DNA of 64,000 nucleotides from Burkholderiaceae bacterium (GTDB lineage Bacteria; Pseudomonadota; Gammaproteobacteria; Burkholderiales; Burkholderiaceae_C): NCBI GenBank assembly GCA_965284495.1, contig OZ260105.1, positions 260,049 to 324,048 of the forward strand, read 5' to 3'. Shown piece by piece: positions 56,803 to 64,000 of this stretch (position 1 is its first letter; each line of letters starts with the position of its first letter). The notes under the pieces were generated by a model. It saw only the letters and a program-made list of their open reading frames with translations, ran no database searches and was not told where the DNA came from. The position numbers and the translations under genes were made by a program.

Positions 56803-58419
56803 TCATTCCCACTCAATGGTCGCTGGCGGCTTGCTGCTCACGTCATACGTCACGCGGTTGATGCCGCGCACTTCGTTGATGATGCGGCCCGAGACCTTCT
56901 TGAGCAGCGCATACGGAAGCTCGGCCCAGTCGGCAGTCATGAAGTCGCTGGTCTGCACGGCGCGCAGGGCGACCACGTAGTCATAAGTGCGGCCATCGCC
57001 CATCACGCCAACGCTCTTGACGGGCAGGAAGACGGTGAAGGCTTGGCTGGTGAGGTCATACCAGCTCTTGCCTGTGGCCTCATCGATGAAATTGTTCAGT
57101 TCTTCGATGAAGATCGCGTCAGCTCGGCGCAGCAGGTCGGCATATTCTTTCTTCACTTCGCCGAGGATGCGCACCCCAAGGCCGGGACCGGGGAACGGAT
57201 GGCGGTAGACCATGCCACGGGGCAGGCCCAGGGCCACGCCCAGTTCGCGCACTTCGTCCTTGAACAGGTCGCGCAGGGGCTCGAGCAGCTTGAGGCCCAG
57301 TTGCTCTGGCAGGCCGCCTACGTTGTGGTGGCTCTTGATGACGACGGCCTTCTTGCTCTTGGCGCCACCGGACTCGATGACGTCGGGGTAAATCGTACCT
57401 TGGGCCAGGAAGGTTGCGCCCTTGCTGCCTGCGTTCGCTGCCTTGAGCTTGGACGCTTCGGACTTGAACACGTCCACAAACAGGCCACCGATGATCTTGC
57501 GCTTGGCTTCGGGTTCGCTCACCCCGGCCAGCTTGCCCAGGAACAGGTCGGCTGCATCAACGCGAATGACCTTGGCGTGCAGCTTGCCCTCGAACATTTC
57601 CATGACCATGTCGCCTTCGTTCAGGCGCAGCAGGCCATGATCGACAAACACGCAGGTCAGCTGGTCGCCAATGGCACGGTGGATCAGGGCTGCGGCCACG
57701 GACGAATCGACGCCGCCAGACAGCCCCAGAATGACTTCTTCATCGCCGACTTGCTCGCGGATCTTGGCCACGGCTTCTTCGATGTAGTCGCCCATGATCC
57801 AGTCTGCTTGCGTACCGCAGATGTCGAGCACAAAGCGGTTGAGCAGTGCCTGGCCTTGCACGGTGTGCGTCACTTCAGGGTGAAACTGCACGGCGTAATA
57901 ACGGCGTGATTCGTCCGCCATGCCTGCGATGGGGCAGCTGGGGGTCGAGGCCATGACCTTGAAACCCGGGGGCAGCTGGGTGACCTTGTCGCCGTGGCTC
58001 ATCCAGACCTTGAGCATGCCGTGGCTTTCGGCAGTGGCGAAGTCTTCAATGCCTTCCAGCAGCTTGGTGTGCCCATGGGCGCGCACTTCGGCATAGCCAA
58101 ATTCGCGGCTGTTGGAGCCTTCGACCTTGCCGCCCAGCTGGGCGGCCATGGTCTGCATGCCGTAGCAAATGCCCAGCACAGGCAGGCCCAGCTCGAACAC
58201 AGCGTCGGGGGCGCGATCATCCACTTCGTAGACGCTGGCGTGGCTGCCCGAGAGGATCACGCCCTTGAGCTTGCCGTCGGCGGCAAATTCACGCACCCAG
58301 TCGCTGCTCACATCGCAGGGGTGGACTTCGCAATACACATGGGCTTCGCGCACGCGGCGGGCGATAAGCTGGGTGACTTGCGAGCCGAAATCGAGGATGA
58401 GGATTTTCTGGTGTTGCAT
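56803..58419 (-). CDS. guaA: GMP synthase (glutamine-hydrolyzing)
   Basis: [45 protein letters not shown]. Confidence 0.98.
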   Translation of the reverse strand: MQHQKILILDFGSQVTQLIARRVREAHVYCEVHPCDVSSDWVREFAADGKLKGVILSGSHASVYEVDDRAPDAVFELGLPVLGICYGMQTMAAQLGGKVEGSNSREFGYAEVRAHGHTKLLEGIEDFATAESHGMLKVWMSHGDKVTQLPPGFKVMASTPSCPIAGMADESRRYYAVQFHPEVTHTVQGQALLNRFVLDICGTQADWIMGDYIEEAVAKIREQVGDEEVILGLSGGVDSSVAAALIHRAIGDQLTCVFVDHGLLRLNEGDMVMEMFEGKLHAKVIRVDAADLFLGKLAGVSEPEAKRKIIGGLFVDVFKSEASKLKAANAGSKGATFLAQGTIYPDVIESGGAKSKKAVVIKSHHNVGGLPEQLGLKLLEPLRDLFKDEVRELGVALGLPRGMVYRHPFPGPGLGVRILGEVKKEYADLLRRADAIFIEELNNFIDEATGKSWYDLTSQAFTVFLPVKSVGVMGDGRTYDYVVALRAVQTSDFMTADWAELPYALLKKVSGRIINEVRGINRVTYDVSSKPPATIEWE

Positions 58420-58438
58420 GGTGGACGGCGGTTGAGGT

Positions 58439-58873
58439 TTAAAGGCTTGAAAGGTCGAGAAGCGCAACGCCGCTGCGCTGGGCGGCTGCGGCCTGCGCAG
58501 CGTCGAAGGTGGCCAGCGGCAGGCGCAGCGAGCGAGCCAGCCAGAGGTAAGCAGCGTCGTAGGTAGGCAGGCCGGTGTCGAGCGCCACGTCAAGCACCGC
58601 CTTGTGCTGGGCTGGGGCCAGGTCGTGAAGCTCCACGCGGTGGCGAATGGCTTCGAGCACGCCCCACAGGCCTTCGACCGATGCGGGCGGAATGCGCCCG
58701 CTGTGCACGCCGCCTGCGAGGATGTTGCTGCACTCCCACTGCCAGAGGTTGGGGGCCTGGGGCTCGACCTCGTCGCGGCGGATCAAGGTGTACAGGCGGC
58801 GGGTGTGCTCGCTGGCTGCATCGGGCAGCAGCCAGGCAGCGGTGACGGAGGCGTCGAGGACAAAGGCGGTCAT
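58439..58873 (-). CDS. vapC: PIN-domain toxin (VapC)
   Basis: VLDAS, WECSN, YDAAY, ATFD acidic tetrad. Confidence 0.85.
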   Translation of the reverse strand: MTAFVLDASVTAAWLLPDAASEHTRRLYTLIRRDEVEPQAPNLWQWECSNILAGGVHSGRIPPASVEGLWGVLEAIRHRVELHDLAPAQHKAVLDVALDTGLPTYDAAYLWLARSLRLPLATFDAAQAAAAQRSGVALLDLSSL

Positions 58874-59133
58874 GCAGTGGCCCTGCCGGTGCAGCGCAGG
58901 GTGTCGGCGGCGGTCTCGGGTGCGGGTGCGGGACGGATGCTGGCGTGCAGGGCCTCGATCTGACCCAGCTCGCGGGTGATCTGCTCGTCGGTGATCACGG
59001 GGCGGCGGCGCACGGGCAGCATGCGCACCACCTCTTTGCCGTGGCGAGTGATGCGCACTTCTTCACCCTGCTCGACGAGCTCAATCAGCGCGGAGAACCT
59101 GCTTTTGGCTTCGTAGATACCGACGGATTGCAT
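58870..59133 (-). CDS. Phd/YefM family antitoxin
   Basis: VGIYEAKSRFSALIELVEQGEEVRITRHGKEVVRM; ATGA overlap with vapC. Confidence 0.88.
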   Translation of the reverse strand: MQSVGIYEAKSRFSALIELVEQGEEVRITRHGKEVVRMLPVRRRPVITDEQITRELGQIEALHASIRPAPAPETAADTLRCTGRATA

Positions 59134-59160
59134 GAATGGGTGGGTCCCAAAAAAGAAAAG

Positions 59161-59227
59161 TCTGGCCTGAATGATGAATTCAGACCAGACTATATCATTC
59201 TGGCCAGATATTTTCAATCAGGCCAGA
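59161..59227. promoter_or_regulatory. Four palindromic operator boxes at a 19-bp period with an embedded sigma70 promoter
   Basis: TCTGGCCTGA (59161), TCAGACCAGA (59180), TCTGGCCAGA (59199), TCAGGCCAGA (59218); - strand TTGAAA-N17-TATAGT. Confidence 0.85.
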
Positions 59228-59242
59228 TTACGTCCACAACGA

Positions 59243-61545
<2,303 letters not shown>

Positions 61546-61581
61546 CCCTACCCGGCGAGGGCAGGCGCCCACAGGCACTGG

Positions 61582-61971
61582 TCAGTAGCCGGACTTGCCC
61601 CCGGGGCGCTGCCGGGCAAAAAGCCCGGTGGTGCGGGCGCCCTGGCTCGCAAAACGTTCGCGCCGGGCCACTTTGGGGTCGACCTTCAAGCCGCGATACA
61701 CCTCCACACGGTCCAGGTGCTTGATGGGCCTTTCAGCCGTGGTAGCGCGCCCCCAAATGCCCAGGCGGCAGGGCTCCAGCCCTGACTGCTTGCACACCGC
61801 TTCAGCGCCACTCTCCCGCAGCGCGTCGCCGACGGTGGAGCCTGCGGGTAACAACAGCGTGCATTCGCGTATCTTCCGCGGTGCAAGGCAAACCACCACC
61901 GTCACCTGGACGGTGTCTCCCAGCGCGTGCGCCACAGCAGTGAAAGCGACAACGCCCGCAGCGTCAGCCAT
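61582..61971 (-). CDS. ratB: RnfH/RatB (PasI) ubiquitin-like protein
   Basis: GIWGR...DRVEVYR.L.VDPK..RR.R. Confidence 0.85.
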   Translation of the reverse strand: MADAAGVVAFTAVAHALGDTVQVTVVVCLAPRKIRECTLLLPAGSTVGDALRESGAEAVCKQSGLEPCRLGIWGRATTAERPIKHLDRVEVYRGLKVDPKVARRERFASQGARTTGLFARQRPGGKSGY

Positions 61972-62404
61972 ACACCTGCTCCGCGCGCTTCACAAAAGCA
62001 TCCACCATGCTTCCGGCGATGCGATCAAACACCGGGCCTACCAGTGCCGCCAGGGTGGCGCTGTCAAAACCATAGTTCAGTTGCAGCTCGACCTTGCAGG
62101 CACGTTGGGTTCCGTCTCCCACGGGATGAAAGTGCCAGTCGCCATCCAACCTCGAAAACGGGCCTTTGACCAGGTGCATTTGCACACGACGACCCGCTTC
62201 GTGCGTATTGCGCGTGACAAACGTCTGGCGGATGCCACTGAAGGAGATGCCGACTTCGGCGGTCATGCCGTCCTCCGTGGTCTCTAGCACGGCTGCATGG
62301 TCGCACCATGGCAAGAACTGTGGGTAGTGCTCCACCCCGGTGACCAGGGCAAACATTTCTTCGGGGCTGTACCAGATGAGGACGGACTTGTGAACAGTTT
62401 TCAT
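61964..62404 (-). CDS. ratA: RatA/PasT START-domain protein
   Basis: YSPEEMF.LV..VE.YPQFLPWC, GPF..L.G.W.F. Confidence 0.88.
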   Translation of the reverse strand: MKTVHKSVLIWYSPEEMFALVTGVEHYPQFLPWCDHAAVLETTEDGMTAEVGISFSGIRQTFVTRNTHEAGRRVQMHLVKGPFSRLDGDWHFHPVGDGTQRACKVELQLNYGFDSATLAALVGPVFDRIAGSMVDAFVKRAEQVYG

Positions 62405-62687
62405 GCAGACGGTGCATGCGCGAAGGCGCGCACGCCGGAGGAAATTAGAATCGCGGGTACAAGAAGCGGTAAGACTGGAGATCGGCAGCGGCAAATGCGC
62501 CGCAGTGGTCCATTTTTTTTACCGTCTTCTCCCCCTGTTGCAGGGCTGTGGGGCTGCCGATCTGAAAGCAATGGCCCTGACGGGGCCCAATTTTCGCCGA
62601 TCAACGCGCCACATCCGACCGCCTCCTGGACGACAACCATTGTAGGGAGGCCTTTTATCTCCCGGTTTGCGCCGCATTTAAACCCTC

Positions 62688-63161
62688 ATGGCCAAAAAAC
62701 CCGACCCGACCTCCCGCATTGCAGACAACAAGAAAGCGGCCTACAACTATTTCTTCGAGGAACGCCACGAGGCAGGCATGGTCCTGTACGGCTGGGAAGT
62801 CAAGGCGCTGCGCGAAGGCAAGGTGCAGCTGACGGATGGCTACGTGCTCATCCGCGAGGGCGAGTTGTTTCTGCTGGGCTGCCAGATCAACCCGCTCAAG
62901 ACCGCCTCCACCCACGTCAACCCCGATGCCATCCGCACCAAGAAGCTGCTGCTCAAAAAGGATGACATCAAGCACTTGATCATCAAGGTCGAGCAAAAGG
63001 GTTACACACTGGTGCCGCTCAACCTGCACTGGAAGAACGGCTACGTGAAATGCGAGATCGCCCTGGCCAAGGGCAAGGCCGAGCACGACAAGCGCGACGT
63101 GATCAAGGACCGCGAAGGCAAGCGCGAGGTGGAACGCGCCATGAAGAGCAGAAGCAGGTAA
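62688..63161 (+). CDS. smpB: SsrA-binding protein
   Basis: [34 protein letters not shown]. Confidence 0.97.
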   Translation: MAKKPDPTSRIADNKKAAYNYFFEERHEAGMVLYGWEVKALREGKVQLTDGYVLIREGELFLLGCQINPLKTASTHVNPDAIRTKKLLLKKDDIKHLIIKVEQKGYTLVPLNLHWKNGYVKCEIALAKGKAEHDKRDVIKDREGKREVERAMKSRSR

Positions 63162-63303
63162 CCCCCTAAGTCACTGCGCTCCTTCCCCATACAGGGAGAC
63201 GACCCCAGTGCAACGGGACGGCGCTTGCAACGGGGATACTGGCTTGGACTGCGCCAGCTTCAGAGACAGCGCAACGGGGAAAGCGCTTTTTTTCATGCGC
63301 GGT

Positions 63304-63329
63304 GGAATAAACCGGGATGTTGCTGTGTT
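63304..63329 (+). promoter_or_regulatory. Putative ECF sigma promoter
   Basis: GGAATAAA-N13-GTGTT upstream of the lipoprotein-ECF unit. Confidence 0.45.
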
Positions 63330-63389
63330 TGTGGAGGTGCAAGGCGGCATACGCCGTTCACTGCAATCCCTCTTCTACCTGGAGAAACC

Positions 63390-63758
63390 ATGAAAAAGAC
63401 CCTGATTTCCCTCGCCGCATTTGTCGCCATGGCGGGCTGCTCCACGATGGCTGCTGACGGCCCCGTCAAAACCATGGACGGCGTGCTTGTGGGCGCTGGC
63501 AGCATGACGCTCTACACATTCGACCGCGATGCCGCAGGCAGCGGCAAGTCGGTATGCAATGGCCCCTGCGCCACGAACTGGCCTCCACTGATGGCCGAAA
63601 AGGCCCCCGGCGGCGACTACAGCATCGTGACGCGCGACGACGGCAAGACCCAGCTGGCCTACAAAGGCAAGCCGCTGTACTACTGGATCAAGGACACCAA
63701 GCCCGGCGAGAAGACCGGCGACGGTGTGAACCAGGTCTGGCGCACCGCACGCCCTTGA
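63390..63758 (+). CDS. COG4315-type secreted repeat lipoprotein
   Basis: MAG-C lipobox; TLYTFDRD...C.GPCA..WPP, YKGKPLYYW.KD..PG...GDGV...W. Confidence 0.85.
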   Translation: MKKTLISLAAFVAMAGCSTMAADGPVKTMDGVLVGAGSMTLYTFDRDAAGSGKSVCNGPCATNWPPLMAEKAPGGDYSIVTRDDGKTQLAYKGKPLYYWIKDTKPGEKTGDGVNQVWRTARP

Positions 63759-63786
63759 ATATTGTCGACGTGGTCTGCACCGCCGC

Positions 63787-64000
63787 ATGAACCGCACCCA
63801 GGTTGTGGAACAACTGCCAGGCCTGCGCCGCTATGCGCGGGTACTGACGGGCGACGCCTGGGCGGCTGACGACCTCGTGCAGGACACCCTAGAGCGCGCC
63901 TGCAGCAAGTGGTTACTCTGGCGCACGGGCAGTGATCTGCGCGCTTGGTTGTTCACGTTGATGCACAACCTCTACCTCAACCAGCGCCGCTCCCTGCCGA
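63787..64000 (+). CDS. ECF RNA polymerase sigma factor (3' truncated by window)
   Basis: LPGLRRYARVLTGD...ADDLVQDTLERA...DLRAWLFTLMHN region 2. Confidence 0.9.
   Translation, partial: MNRTQVVEQLPGLRRYARVLTGDAWAADDLVQDTLERACSKWLLWRTGSDLRAWLFTLMHNLYLNQRRSLP

Noticed and set aside
3165-59227. CRISPR array interpretation of family A repeats, microsatellites or the 19-bp operator array
   Set aside because: No regularly spaced 23-47-bp repeats with unique 26-72-bp spacers, and no cas genes
61582-62404. ratA-ratB as a novel third toxin-antitoxin system
   Set aside because: Conserved core locus opposite smpB; RatA/PasT is a Coq10-like START protein, so neither novel nor clearly a TA
62405-63389. 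tmRNA (ssrA) next to smpB
   Set aside because: No GGGG acceptor 5' end, tag-peptide frame or TCCACCA 3' end on either strand

Overview
High-GC betaproteobacterial chromosome segment, most like Comamonadaceae (Acidovorax-type); this is inferred from gene content and synteny. Left to right: Bug/TctC protein (partial), M20 peptidase, aldo/keto reductase; an AndR-AndAc-AndAd-AndAb-type anthranilate dioxygenase cluster joined to a Liv-type ABC importer, with no reductase; prfB (programmed +1 frameshift), HAD phosphatase, pepN, fbp; tRNA-Thr(CGT) carrying a ~6.9-kb integrated element (tyrosine integrase, HigBA-like TA, Xis/HTH genes, MOBV relaxase, two envelope genes, 51-bp att duplication); tRNA-Pro(GGG); thrS-infC-rpmI-rplT-pheST-ihfA-merR; aceA; a Fur-boxed iron block (TBDR-piuC-FMN oxidase-bfd-tonB-exbB-exbD-hemP); yccA, rlmD, putR/putA (putA broken by a 1-nt frameshift); guaB-[phd-vapC]-guaA; ratAB/smpB; and a COG4315 lipoprotein plus partial ECF sigma factor. 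The strongest non-gene signals are: (1) a ~50-bp double-palindrome repeat with two 7-nt spacers, present about 12 times, including in-frame inside pepN and rlmD; (2) a Thr-codon leader-peptide attenuator upstream of thrS; (3) four operator palindromes at an exact 19-bp period interleaved with the phd-vapC promoter; (4) a structured hemP 3' UTR that may be an iron-sparing sRNA; (5) a 12-tract G3 repeat before andAc. All family assignments come from motif recognition and recall; no database search was run.
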